Positions 38,050 to 51,311 are shown, counted from the whole stretch's first letter. The stretch: 59,214 nt of DNA, filler included, from Sphacelaria rigidula (GCA_964200075.2; 7 parts of 7 records of this genome joined end to end with filler, not necessarily neighbours in it); one strand, 5' to 3'. Program-made: numbers and translations. Notes: generated by a model from the letters alone, not told the origin.

Positions 38050-39559
38050 CAGGCTGGTTCACGCCAAAGACCCAAAATTTTGTCATCAGCAAATGCCTTC
38101 CACAATACGCACCCTCTAGTCGCATACATGGTATCACACTGACCGCAATGAACAGAAAAAGAGGGCGACATAGCCGGATTTTTGTTCAAGGCTATCGCGA
38201 TGGCGCTATCGACGAAAATGTGTCTCGACCAATCAGCGCCTTCCAAATTGTTCTGAAATTGAAAACACGAATTCCAAGCCCAATTTTCACCGAGTCTGCA
38301 CATGCTTCAATTTGTAGTGACCGTCATCAGCTCGGGAGTCTAACGGGAGAATACAAATTGAAAGTGGTTCCAACGGGGTCGAATTATGCCCGAAACCGTA
38401 ATGTTTCGGTGATGTGGAGTTTCTTGCGTCGTCTAATTTCCACTCGTGATACGTGCGGAAGACCAAGGGAGCCTCGTGACGATCTCCCTTATATTTGTTG
38501 TATAAAGCTCAGATCATCCTCAAACTTGGCAGTTCCGCAGGTATTGATGCTCCAAATGGAAAAAATTGTACTGTTGGCAAGATTTCAAAGGTTTCTCCGT
38601 TCTATACCGGCTTCCAGGGGTCCCAGTATAAAGACCCCCGGAAGGCGGTACAGCGTGTATCAAAAGAAAAAAGAAATATATGATGCGTCCTGGGATAGTT
38701 CAAGGAGCACATGCACAGAGTTTGGTCGAGAAAATCGAAAATATCATACAGTTTTTCTTGCCTCAACGTAAATTCACCCAAAAAAGACTTTTCATACCAA
38801 AGGCAAGTAGTTGGGAGTTTGCGCGTTTCAAGCTCACGTCCTCGCACAAACGCGCACACTTCCATGCAGTTACTAGGAGTTACACCCTGAAACTTTGCAC
38901 ACATATGCTATGGGTCATTACACAAGTTTCAATTGACGAAGTTTTCAACTTTTTTTCAACTTTCTTTCCGTTTTTTGGGCGTCCGACGGGATCCAAGTCG
39001 TTTTTCGAAGTCGTCTCGATTTTGGGACCCCGGAAAACCGGCACAACGATTTTTTTCATGTTTTTGCGAACGCCCTGTCTCCGCAAAGCCCAAGGAAGAG
39101 GCCCACTAATTTTCGTGGCCAAACTCGATTAACTGAAGCTTGAATTTTCATGTTCACGTCAAAGAAGGCCCAAAACGCCATTTTCATACTAGAATTTAGT
39201 ACTTTGCGGTTTCAACGTGGCACGGCAAGATTCATCGCACAAACGTGAAAAATTTCTTCAAGGAGTTAGACCCTGAAATTTTTCACCAATGTGCTACGGG
39301 TAACTACGCAACTTTGGATCAACAAGGTTTTTCGAAAAAAAAAAAACGTTTTACGGGGGTCCGACTGAATCAAAGTTTCCCCGAAAAAACTGGGACCCTC
39401 GAAAAAAGGTGAACAAGTCAAAAAGTAAGGAAAAACTCTACCTTCGAAAGTTGTGTAATGACCCTTAGCACCTTTGTGCAAAATTCCAGGGTCTAACTCC
39501 TTGAAACGGCGTGAAGTTTTGCCGATGAGTATTTTTTGGTCTTTTCCGTGACCAGCCTG
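38050..39559. mobile_element. ~1.5-kb non-autonomous Tc1/mariner-type element (family D)
   Basis: TA-CAGGCTGGT(T)CACG ... CGTGACCAGCCTG-TA. Full-length diverged homolog in opposite orientation at 57241-58738. No transposase ORF; internal inverted repeats. Confidence 0.85.
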
Positions 39560-41234
39560 TAATTCTATGTAAATATTCCCAGTTTCCAGCTGGGCTTCAA
39601 CATTCATGAGTCGCTTGTCCTTGTCCTCCATCTTGTGTTCGAAACGCTACACCAGCTGCCGCTCCGGAATTTGTTGGGCGTTATGATAGTTGTGCCAGAT
39701 CGGAAAAACTCGGAACGGCACAAAAAGGGAGTGCACAGCACAATACAGTCACATTACCCCAGCAGTGCACAGTAGTAAGCGAAGCGGTCATCATGAAGCG
39801 TCTGCCGAGCCTTTCATGTCACCATAAAGCGGTGATTTCGCGCCAGCGGTCCCCTAGTTGTTACGTACAAGATGCACCCTATTCTTCGCGTTCGGTGTGT
39901 TACTGTCCCGTACTTGAACTATTTGCGGCAAGCGGTTTCGGGGTACTGCTTATCTGTACTGTACAGCACAGTACTGCTGTGCTGTAAGGTGGAAGGACCG
40001 CGCGGCAAAAATTACACGCTGTGGATGTACGCCCCTACGCCGTTGTTGCATTCGCAGCTTGTCCCATGAGGGATTGGGTGAGAAATCGTAGGCCTGCGGT
40101 ACGACAAGCGCCGCGCAGACAAGCGCCGCGCAGTAAAAGCTGCGAGCGTTGCACGCATGAAAGCGTATCAGCGGATGGCAGCAAGCGGCAGCGGTGGGGT
40201 GATGACGAGTGCGGCTCCACACCCGGTGATAGTCTGTGGCGATTCGACTGGATTCATCAAGGAGCGGCGCGGTCGGTCGTGCGTCGTCGAGGGTGTGCAT
40301 ACGTTGATCGTCATTGCTTAGAGCATCGTGGCAACAGCACTGCTGGCGTGGTTATTGTTTATAGTTCGTCCTATTTTTTTCGTTGGTCAGACCCATGTGA
40401 CCCTTGGTCGACGTCGGCTAGCCGACATGAACGGTGGTGAAGTCAGCGATGTGCGCGGCCAAAATATCGCTCCTGACTCGAGGAGTGCAGCCGTGCATGA
40501 TTTGCCGCTCCAATATATTTACACCCTGGTCGGTCGGGATGCATATTTTATGTCGCGGTCTACTTTTCAACCAGGCAGGCACGCAGGCAAGCAGCTTCTT
40601 CACAGGTAACAAACCATTACAGCATACATCTTCATGTGGTGTGATATATCTTCATCATCACATATCTATTCAGTCTCCGCGCATTGACAAGTTTTGCAAA
40701 TGTCTGCACGCACACACCGCTGATATCCGTGACACTCCGCTGCACACGCCCTCCCTACTTTTCACGTGCACCAAAGGGGGGTCGTCGCTTGCTTCTCAAG
40801 CACCATAGTACACCCACCCTCTTCGTAGAAAATTTGCGATTTTGTAATGATCGATCTCAAGTTTTGCAAGGGTCAGACAAATAATGATTCGTCTGGAAAT
40901 TACTTGGTTTTAGTATTATGAGTCGACTCGTGTGACTCGTGACGAGTCAATCACTAGGTTCTATTTCAGCGTTGCAACCCAGGTACACGCAGCCCAGACA
41001 CATAGAATGGCGCAAAAGTTACGTGGATACCTCTTGGACCAGCGATCAATTTTTTTCTCCCTTTTGGGCAATCATGCCGAAGAAATCGTGAATTTGGTGA
41101 TTCTGAGTCGTGATGATTTGTCCTAACCGTGAAGTTTTTTGAAAGCTCATGCTGCCGGTCCGGCACTTGACTGGAACTTTCACGGGGCGTACGAAGGGGC
41201 TGTCGAGTGAACATTGCTTTTCCCATGTGCTATC

Positions 41235-41580
41235 ACCCCCGCTCCGCCAACGGAGGTTGAGGCATCGTTGGTTGAGCGCGAAAAGCTAAAGAAGTCAGGA
41301 CATTCGGTTTGGTTATGAAATCGTTTGATGCATTAGAGAGTAGGGAGAAAACGATGGTTATACTAGGAGAAAGATGTTGGCGACAGACGGCGAAACAGGA
41401 CGGGGATAAGATATGTAAACGGTTTTTGTGCAATGTATGGAAGAAACGTAATGAGCGCCGAAATATGGAAGGTGTCTCTATTAGGAGTAGGAACGGCGCT
41501 ACATCTCGAAAGGGATGTGTGGTCAGTGATCAAACGACTAAGGCAAGCAACAAATGAGTACGCCCCCCCCCCTCCTCCCG
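41235..41580 (+). mobile_element. 3' end of a LINE (ORF2 C-terminus remnant + 3' UTR) ending in poly(C)
   Basis: ORF 41309-41557 (SFDALESREKTMVILGERCW...FLCNVWKKRN) resembles the W..R helix that follows the C-terminal zinc knuckle of LINE ORF2 proteins (recalled similarity, not searched). Ends ATGAGTACG then a C run. Second copy at 42135-42268 (minus). Confidence 0.6.
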
Positions 41581-42134
41581 GCTGTCGATGTCTAACTTTG
41601 AGACGTCAGGCTCATGTTCCCCGATAAGCATGATAGTACCCCACCCCCTGACTGCATCATGAAAAGTTTGCGAGCTACTTCAAACAAGAGCAGACCATGA
41701 AGTACTTCTATACATTCATCAGTACCTGCCGCAATTGTTTCGGCCATAACAAGAAATCACAGCTGAGAATAACGAATGCCGGCAACGAATCCCGACACAT
41801 GGCAGCAGCACAGCGGAACTCGTGTCACCCGGGAGTACCGGCGGTTGAAGCCAGAAACCACTTTTTCACAGGGGTCGACAGGTATACTAAGAAGCGCAGC
41901 ATCGACAACGACCGAGACTAGCACTGATGTGGGAACAAGGAAGAGCACCAATATCACGCGTGGAATTGCGCTGACAACATGACAGCCGCGACAAATAAAA
42001 AAAAGGCGAACGAGGATCCCGTCCACAAGAGACAATTGGACAACAATGTGACGCCCAAGCGAGGGGTGGCTAGCGTATATCTTTCAGTTCCGTCACCACA
42101 CCCATTTTTTTGTCCATGAGCCCGAATATGGCCA

Positions 42135-42268
42135 GGGGGCTGGGGGGGCGGGGGCGTACTCATTTGTTGCTTGCCTTTGTCGTGTGACCATTGACCACGC
42201 ATCCCGTTCCTACTCCCAATAGAGACACCTCCAACATTCTGGCGCTCATTACGCTTCTTCCATACATT
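42135..42268 (-). mobile_element. Second LINE 3'-end copy with C-rich tail (cut by contig end)
   Basis: Reverse complement matches 41432-41575. Confidence 0.75.
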
Positions 42269-42446
42269 NNNNNNNNNNNNNNNNNNNNNNNNNNNNNNNN
42301 NNNNNNNNNNNNTTAATTAATTAANNNNNNNNNNNNNNNNNNNNNNNNNNNNNNNNNNNNNNNNNNNNTTTTCCTTCCCCCCCCCTGGCCCTGACGGGTT
42401 TGTAGCCTCGACGAACCAACTCCCCCCCCCCCCCCCACCCCCCCCA

Positions 42447-43031
42447 GGCGGCGAAAACCCGGCGTAGTCCGTCCCGGCTTTGTAGGGACGGAGTCCCTAT
42501 AGGGTTGGCGTCGGTTGGCGATGACGCTGTAAAATAGGTCACTCACTGCGTCAGCTAGGCAACCGGATAGCGATTTCTTTCGCGCTCGCATTTTTTGCGG
42601 TAACCGTGATGGTGGTCGAGCTAGATCACGTTGTGCGGGGTGGGAGAAACCCAATTCCGCGCAAAGGGGATGGTCATTTCACGCAGTGTGTCAGCCATGG
42701 CTGTCTCTGGCAGTAGCTATACCAGAAAATGAAGCAACTCATTGTAGGTTGTCATCCGCATGCAAGATATCAGTACGCTTTGTGCCGAACAATCTCAGCA
42801 GGATGGAGCTTAACCTTCATGCGACTCGCCGAACACATCACAGCGCTTCGCGCTTGGCGATTGGTGGCGAGCCTGGTCCGGCGAAAACCCGGCGTGCTCC
42901 GTCCCGGCTTTGTGGGGATTCGAGGTCAATGATCTCATGACTATGGCATGAAATACCGTGGGTACACCCCTCCCCCCAAGGGTCAATGGTCTGACGACTC
43001 CGGCATACAAGATCGTCGGTATGCCCCCCCC
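42447..43031 (+). mobile_element. Repeat family A copy with duplicated 3' terminus
   Basis: Homolog of 54-625, preceded by C tracts (42422-42445). The GGTCAATG...GACT..GGCAT...(C)n terminus occurs twice (~42925-42978 and ~42981-43031). Confidence 0.8.
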
Positions 43032-43159
43032 GGTACATGCCTGGAATTTCATCGTCGCGGATCACATCGGCACTCCCTGGACGATGTCAACTCTTGTCGA
43101 CTTTTTGTTTGTTACTTTATAACGAAATAAGGACAGATTACTGGGAAAAGGAAGCATGT

Positions 43160-43237
43160 GTCGGGATTCGAACTTCTCGCCCTTCACGTTCCGCCCTAGG
43201 TGCCTTCAAGTGCGTACCAACTCGACCACCGGGATGA
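43160..43237 (-). mobile_element. tRNA-like head (second SINE family or tRNA pseudogene)
   Basis: Minus strand A-box TGGTCGAGTTGG (43217-43228) and B-box GTTCGAATC (43165-43173); no convincing cloverleaf. Confidence 0.5.
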
Positions 43238-44741
43238 GGCGACACTTTGAAATTGTTGAATCCTAACCCGAAGAGTACCTGCAACCAGAGTTGCCCAACG
43301 GAACTCTTACCTCCCTCATTAGAACCCGTCTTCTGTTCGTTCTTACTCTCGCTCGAAAACACCGTGCGCGCGTAGCTCCAACCTCCTAACTGAGTCGCCA
43401 TCCCTGCTCGGAAAAGGAGGACAGCAGTGGCGAGGATGCACGGATTATCCACACCACTTTGGTCCTGCTTTGAAGCATCCTTTCTTCTTCGGGACGAAGC
43501 CCGTTCTCTCGAGGAAAAAACCCTATTCTCTCTCACAGTGCTAGGTGTTTCCCTTCATCCTTATTGAGCGTTGGGTCAGCACTTCCGCAGGCTATCCAAG
43601 TCCATCGATTTTTCTCCTCCTCGGCGTTGCGACCGTTTTATGTACGGTATTATTTGAGAGAGTGCTTGTTTGACAAATCCGCAGCGAGCGGACGAGAAGT
43701 CGGGGTCCTGTTGTTAGAGATAAGGCGTCTAGCTCCGCCCTGTATGTAGGTTGCAAATCAGGACTGACAAAAACGGGCGTGGCAACTCCACCTCAGTCCG
43801 CTAGACTTGCCGACGACATCCACGTAAGCCGGCCACAGTCCGATCATATTAGGCCATGTTGTACGTTATCATGACGTAGGTCATGCAGGGGGCACAGGTG
43901 TAGGAAGTTAAAATGGAGTATGGAGTACCCGGTATCGATATTGGTCAACTCAACCGATCACAATTTTGGATGGTGGGCTCAAGAGAGACACAAACCAAAT
44001 GTTGATGGCACGCGGAGAGTATGTGTTGAGAGCCAAACGCAAGATAGTTCTTTGAACAAAGAAAAACACACTTTTTCCTTCTCCGAAACAGCAGTAAATA
44101 AACAACTATGAAAGGTTCGGCTTCTGAGTCAGCATACGTGTACCCTATTCGTTAGCGGCTCTTCACTCGACAAGGCAGGAATTTGAAAAATGACGAATTG
44201 GGGGTCAACCTCTTTCCTTGTTGAACGTTTCCTCACAAGATCCTGATGATACCGTTACTTTCCTGTCGAGTAGACGTGTTCTCTACATCAACGGAAGTCC
44301 GACACCACTGCAGCCTTTTGACGTGGAGGGTCCCCCTCATCGTGCAATCAGGCCGGTTTGGCAACCTACTGCAACTTGAAATTGTGCACTTGACTCCCCG
44401 CCCCCCCCCTCTAATTGTGCCTGCTCCCCGAAAGGACAACCAACGGAACCAACTGCGCCGCTAATCACGACTCTGAATCACCCTGTCCCGCTAAAAGCCT
44501 GGTCAACCGCAATGAGTTAGTGACGGTTTGAAGACTTACTATAGAGTATGTTCAATAACGAACGTTTAGTGACGTTGTAACCGGAAAAAACAAACAATCA
44601 GTTTCACTGGAAAAGGGTTAAACATTTGCTCCACTGAAATCATCGGCAAACAATTTTGCAGCGCTATGAAAAAATAATCACGAAAAATACATGGTATCAG
44701 GCATGGCGATTCGAACTGGTACCCATTCCGCTGACCCACTG

Positions 44742-47286
44742 TCAACAGCAGGTCTTTATCGACAGCAAGAACACCCTCGGAAACAGCGAAAGTTTACGAA
44801 CCGTTGCAATGTGTTTTTTGGGCTCGTTTTGTCGCACCTCGGGCCAGTCTAGACGAGGACCGTTGCGTAGAACGCTCTCCAGAATGGTTCTTATTTCGTC
44901 TCGCGTGCGCCACATGCAGCGCCGGAAAGCTGAGCATGGGAGACAGCGAACAGGCGATGATAAATACCGGGAACGGCATGTCAACGAGAGTTCGTAACAC
45001 GGGGTCGTATTGCAGATTGGTCATTATCCCCAGCATGGGGCACGCATCCGTGTTGAGTTGGGAAATTTGTGCTATGTTGATCGTCATGCTCGTGTTGAGA
45101 GTTCTCAGCGCCTGAACGTGTCATGATCCACTTGTTGCATATCGTTCGTCAAACCCCCTCATATATCGAAGTGGTCCGTGACTATAAACGTGTGTCACGA
45201 CTCAAAGCAGCTCCGGCGCTCGTATCCTTACCCGTGTGTTGCCATCTATCCCTGCACGAAAAAAATTACCTGACTGCCACGCTACAGCTCTGCAGTCAGC
45301 CGACAATCGCAGCACATGAGAAAAGTACGACGAGCGCGACCCGCACGTCCACCTTCAGGGATCAGCTAGAGGGAACGTCTGAAGGGAAGGCCTGAAAGTC
45401 ACCCCTTTCGGGAAATGTCCGATCATTCTCAAGAGCAGCGCCTCAGCTCCCACGTAAATTAGTAATAGCGGCCCAGTACTGAGCTCCCCTCCGCTTACCC
45501 CACAGGAAGGGGATCTTTACTCTCTATTAAACTGCCAAATCCTAACCCCGACTCCAGGCAGACCGAGGAATTTCGGGCGAGAGTAGTCCAGAGGGTACCA
45601 ACTCGTAGGCAACATGTGTGCAGGCAAAACTCAGATAGGCGCAGCAAGAGAAAACGCGTGCCACGCGCACGCTGGAAGGCGCCTGAGACTGCCAGATCCT
45701 TTGAGATCCTTGAAACCTTTTTTGTTCTAGTTTCACGATCGCCTTTGTTCTTTCATTCAGATCCACGGTCGAAAGGTCCAAGATAAACATAGCCATGAGT
45801 GATCTGACGAGTCACCCCGGAAGAGCCCTACCGCAGGGATGTGAATCAGTCTCCAAAATCGGCCTGTGCATGATGAGTAACATCGTGATATATCGACATG
45901 GGCGGACAACTGATGCCCATCCCGACCCTGCTGGTCAAAACCCAGGGTCCGTATAAGTGCTGCCTCTGGCTCGCCGCATTATTTGGTGACGAAAACAGGG
46001 GACACATGCGTGAGAGTAGAGGAGCTTGGTGACTTCAAAAACATATATTACCCGACAGCGTGTGTCCTTGGCTTATACAGATGATCGACCATGGTGGGCA
46101 CCGCCTCCAAAAGACCACCCTGCCTCGTGTATGTCACTTCCGTCGAGAGCCTGAAGACACACAAAGGTACAAGATACAAGCATTGCAGACAAAATGAGGT
46201 ACCTCTTGTCAAAACTGGAATATCACTGGGGTGCAGGTGTTGGACTGGCAGGCACACAAATATGAAAAAGTGTGTGTCTAGATGACGCAGCACATGGTCA
46301 GCCGCTCGCTTCATCATACAGTATGGCCATAGTTGGCACATAAAAAGCAAGTGGATCTGCTCCTGTGTGCTGTTGTGTTCGTGACGGCGAGGTGCCTTTG
46401 GCCAATCTCATACACTGTGCATGCGCTGCCTGGCCGAAGGGGGGTGCGAATGACAACCTTTTCCTACTACTGCGCATTCAGCCACGCAGCTCGACCTTGT
46501 TCCCGTGCTTCAGGCTGGGCGCGTATACACCGAAGGGACTTCCACAGCTTTACGGTGAAGCGTTCACAGGACGAGACTGCTAGGGTATGCTTGTTGCGCA
46601 TCACGCATACACTTGGCCCCCTGTTCAGAACCTTGCAGTGCGGTATAGTGCATTGCATCAAAATCATCGCACAAGAAGCAGTTTGTCACCGTGCCAGTTC
46701 CGCACGAAAGCGATACACTGGAAATCAGACTGACATCGGACTATAGTGCAGTACAGTCAATATCATAGACCGCACTTGCCTGTCAACCACATGGCGCAAC
46801 ACCAAACCAAACAACGTTGAACGGGTGCTATATTCGTCGTACCATACCGTATGGGACTACTGTGCATTGCTGCAACCTGTGCATGCTGCATTCGCGCATG
46901 CTCATCACCATACCAAAGAGCCAGTATACGCTCGGCAGTTTCGGAATAGGAGCTCACACGACTGGCGGCCTGCTGGAACGCTGTTGGTGCTTGTGTAGTG
47001 CACGCATATCACAAGGCTTCATGCTGATATCTGTTCGCGGTGCACACAGCCTGGAACGAACCCACCCACGCGTGGCACTACACCACAGTATGATACGTGC
47101 AAAGTGCAGATAGAGCCATCATGTTTCCCACAACCCGACATACCTGGTACCAGCATCGACGTCCACATGACGGTGGTGCTGGTACTGTCGCTTGGTAACG
47201 ACAAAGCTCGCCACTTCCTTCACCAGCACGGCCCACCACAGCAACAACACCAATCCACCATTCCTCCTTTTAGATGCACGCCGCAT
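44742..47286 (-). CDS. Possible plastid-targeted DUF924-like gene or pseudogene (candidate first exon 47286-47144)
   Basis: ATG-initiated exon MRRASKRRNGGLVLLWWAVLVKEVASF... with GTATGT donor resembles a signal peptide plus ASAF-type motif. Downstream fragments AERILALWYG and KKHIATVRKLSLFP weakly recall DUF924. Exon phases could not be fully reconciled. Confidence 0.3.
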
Positions 47287-48004
47287 CCCGAGCTAGGACC
47301 TCTGCACACAGACACTCCTCCAATGCTTGTGCGTTGTTGTCGATGTTGTGATGGTGTATCTTGTCTACACGTGTCTCGGTGGCAGGTATAGCGTCGATAC
47401 GTGAACGTGCGAGCGAGCTACAGACGCTTTTAAGAGCCTTCGATCGTGGAGCCCCGCGGCCGAAACAGGTGACAGTGAGAATACAGTACAGTACACAGTA
47501 TAGTACAATGATCTCGGCTCGTAGCCTGTGTTGGCTGTGCTCACGGACGGTGGCAGAGCGTGGTTATCCCAAAAGATGATGACATTATTCAGTGGAAGCA
47601 CCAGATACTTGAGCATGTCATACAAAGGGTGTGGCGTTGCTAGAATGTCATACAGTACCCCTTGATGTCATGAGTTACCTTTTCGCGTGTAAATGATGAA
47701 TCTTCAGAAATTCCCCTCAACGTTTGCAATAATTATCATGATACGATTATCAGAAATAAGGAGCATACTACTTGCATCATCATGGCGTCGTTGTTCAAAT
47801 TTCCCGTCAGCAACAACTCCACGGCTTCCGACTACGGGTATACAATTTAAAAAACGCGAAAATATGATGATAAAAGTCTTCCGAAACTCCTTCAGGTCGG
47901 AGCAGCACCAACGTCCCCAGCAGGGGGCACCGTCGTTACAGTTTGTCTTAGCCCGAGTACATGTTCAAGTATAGTGTGGGGAAGATAAAGATACGAGCTC
48001 TACC

Positions 48005-48086
48005 ATGGTCGCTATTCCATTTCTGAAACTGTTTAGCTTGACTGTCAAGACTCTGGCCAAGCCGATGGCAAAACGGATAAAATCAG
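48005..48086 (+). CDS. OPA3: OPA3-like protein, first coding exon
   Basis: MVAIPFLKLFSLTVKTLAKPMAKRIKS matches the conserved OPA3 N-terminus (P..KL..L..+T..KP.A..+K). ACCATGG start context and CAG/GTACAG donor. Confidence 0.8.
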
Positions 48087-48513
48087 GTACAGTACAAGTA
48101 CTGTGAAACTTCAATGATCCTTATCTGATGTGTGGGTGTGCACAGTTATTGACACTATGCACCAGCCTCGAGTATTTTGTAGTGTCAATCCTCTGTTAGT
48201 TAGCAGGCAGAGATAGTCGGTATCGGCAAACGCAGCGGAAAGCAGACGAAGGAACGCTATGTCCAATGAACGGGGATAACACCCCCCTCCCCTCCCCCTC
48301 TCAACAAAGTGGATTCTTCCATCCATAGGTGGATATTTTGGTCATCCCTTAATCCTCAAACGGCGAGAGTTGGTTATCATTGAAATTGATATCCAGATGT
48401 TTCTTGTGGCAACAAAAGTAGTCCTGCAAAACTGCTGCTTTTGTCCTTCTGCGTCGTTTTATGCCCCAATAGAAGGCTGGGCGGACTTTGACACCTTGGG
48501 ATGACTTGCTTTA

Positions 48514-50530
48514 CGAGCTGGGCCAGCCTAGAGGCGGATTTGAAGTGTGCAGGTCCATGCGCCGGCCAATATTTAGAGTTGGAGCGTAAAGTTTGGTTTG
48601 GACAATGCATAGGGTGTAAAAATAATATTACGTCGGTACCAAAATACATATATTATATATATATATATATTTTTTTTTTCATGAGTTCAGGGCATTTTAC
48701 TGATAGCTGAAAACTGATTATTGCCGTTAACCCTTTCGGGACCGGACCCCCACTATAGTGACACAGGGTTGACTGTGTTAGTGGGATAATAGAAACGAAG
48801 TCTTCGAGCGACCTGCCCAATCGCGGTGAGGCGAAATTTATCGACCAGACCCGAACGACCAGCGCGGGAATTGTTGCCGAGTGTGATGCCACTGAAAATA
48901 TCGTGTGGGGGCTCCATCCCTGGCCCAGATGAGCCTCCCCAGGTTTCCAAGTGCAGGGTGGTCGCAGCTTGTTCTTATGGTACTACTTGCACTTAGTATA
49001 GCGTTCCCGAGTCTTTCCGGAGTGTTTTTTGGATCGCCAGCCTATACTAAAAGGCGAATGTGCCGGCCAATATTTAGAGTTGGAACGAAAAAAATGGTGT
49101 GGACAATGCAGATGGCATAAAAAAAATTGCGTCGGTACCAAAAGGTTTTTTTTTCATGAGTTAACCCTTTAAGGAGTGTACATGCTACAATGTGGTCATT
49201 TTCACGAGGCACTAAACCCACATGGGCCGTGGAAGAGGATTCGCCGCATGCAACAAAGAGGGAAATGACGGCCCACCCTGACCACAAAGGGCTGTGTGGC
49301 AAGGTGGTGGGGACAATAATATCATCCAAAGTCACAAGTGGCAGACGGCCCGCCGGTCGCCGTATCCTGTTGGAAGCTCTCTACCGCGACACATACTGCT
49401 TGCTACACCAGATGCACACTACCTAATGCGCACCCTGCACCTGAAAATATATTGGATGAAAATTTCAGTCTTCGTCATAACCCTGCGGTTACATACGCGG
49501 ATTTTCACACGTCACTGTTTCGTGCAGACGCCAGACACGTCATTCCTAACCAGCCTCATTGGCCGTTCTGGAGGCCCGGTCCCAAAAGGGTTAACTCATG
49601 AAAAAAAAACCTTTTGGTACCGACGCAATTTTTTTATGCCCTCTGCATTGTCCACACCATTTTTTTCGTTCCAACTCTAAATATTGGCCGGTACATTCGC
49701 CTTCTGAAAACCGGGTCGGTAGAAATTCGGAACAGTATTTCGCAGGCCACTCATCGGCCCACGTTTGGTTTTTGTGTATTGAAATTTCGTGTGGGCCCTT
49801 GCTCGGGAATAATTAGCAAAACTCAGGGGGTCAGTTTTTTTTTCCCTGGTTTAGGGCGTTCTAGTATGGTAAAGACCACTTCTTCACGAGAACGCCCCAA
49901 CCTCTATGAAAAAATAAAAAATGAGGCCCACTTTTTTCACTCGACACACCTTCGTGGTTCTCCATGCTAAGTTTTGAATCACAATTCTAAAGATTGGGCT
50001 AAGAGATAAGGCCTGAGAGCGATGTTCATTTCTCCTCAAAACTTCACTAGAAACACGAAAAAAATGAAGAAAATGAAGAGGTAACAAGGTGTTTTTATTT
50101 TATTTTATTATGCACTAGCGGTTCTCCATATGAAATTTTATAGAACAACTCTAAAAAACTGAGACGCGATATGCAGATTTAGGACGTCTCGTGCCTCTGC
50201 TCGTAATATATTGATTTTAGTATAGAAACTTGTGTGCGCCATATCTTGAGATATATAACGAATTAGGTAAAGGTGAGGGTATCTATCGTCTCCCCGTGCT
50301 CCAGGAAAGGTCCACACCAAAAATCGTCATCATCCGCTGAATGTATCGTTCGGGGTTTCGTATGGATTTTAGTGGGGGCGCTATCTCCGAAGGTATAGGA
50401 ATCACTAGACATGGGGTTAAATCCACGAGAAAATATTGGCCCAGACTTTGGAGCAGATGGGCACCTTCCCCTTGATTGGACGGCTAATACGATATGCGGA
50501 TCACGGCTCTACTCGTCTGTGTCGACGAGA
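48514..50530. mobile_element. Family B Tc1/mariner-like element with nested piggyBac-like pieces
   Basis: Begins TA-CGAGCTGGGCCAGCCTAG. 49600-50530 is the reverse-complement homolog of ~20590-21530. TTAA-CCCTTT ends at 48727 and 49161; AAAGGG-TTAA at 49585-49594. Confidence 0.75.
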
Positions 50531-51311
50531 TGGTGGTCAACGTCAGAAGTTTTCAGAATTCGTAGTTGTCCTTTTTTTTGAGTTTTTCTGGAGTTAAAAG
50601 TTTTTCACAGTAACGATCGAGATCGTGTTTCCCTCCTATACTGCACAGAACCCAGTCTAGCATTTTCTGCGGATGGCCTATTTTCGGGGGTTTTCCGCAT
50701 AACATTTTTCACGAGCACTCGAAAGTGCTAGCGTCGATAGTNNNNNNNNNNNNNNNNNNNNNNNNNNNNNNNNNNNNNNNNNNNNTTAATTAATTAANNN
50801 NNNNNNNNNNNNNNNNNNNNNNNNNNNNNNNNNNNNNNNNNTTGATGACCGTGATTGGTCAGAATGGTCATCCCGCGTCTCTCGGGCCTCGTGCACGGCT
50901 CATAACTTTCCGCGGGAAACTTCCAAACACACATGGCTGACTCCGTGAGCTTCTCCGATGCTCCGCGGAGAGACCCCCCCCCCCCCGAGCTCTGGAAACC
51001 CGCGGATGTCTTGGAACTGTCAGCCTGTACAACTGTTCCGAGGTGATGCTCGTCGTCTAAGGGTCAACCCTTCTACCGCGGGGGAAGATCACCTGCTAAA
51101 TCGGCATCAATATTCACTCGAGAAATTCGTGCGTGATCCAGATGGGCTACCCGCACCGCGGTCCAAGGGTTGAATGCCAAGTTCTTTTGTTCGCTGAAAA
51201 ATTCAAATCGTTCCAGCTTTCTGTTTTTTCTTTTGTTTTGCTGCTTCGAATATGTCTCGCGTATTGAGAAAAATATCGTGTCGAATTTCAGTGATCACTT
51301 CCTAGTATTAA

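Noticed and set aside
38148-39132. 207-aa and 150-aa ORFs inside the family D element as a transposase
   Set aside because: No DDE/D or HTH motifs, and the frames are not preserved in the second copy at 57241-58738.
39266-39631. ORF MEDKDKRLMNVEAQLETG as the NLE1 first exon
   Set aside because: It runs into the family D transposon, has no clear donor before it and shows no recognisable NLE1 similarity.
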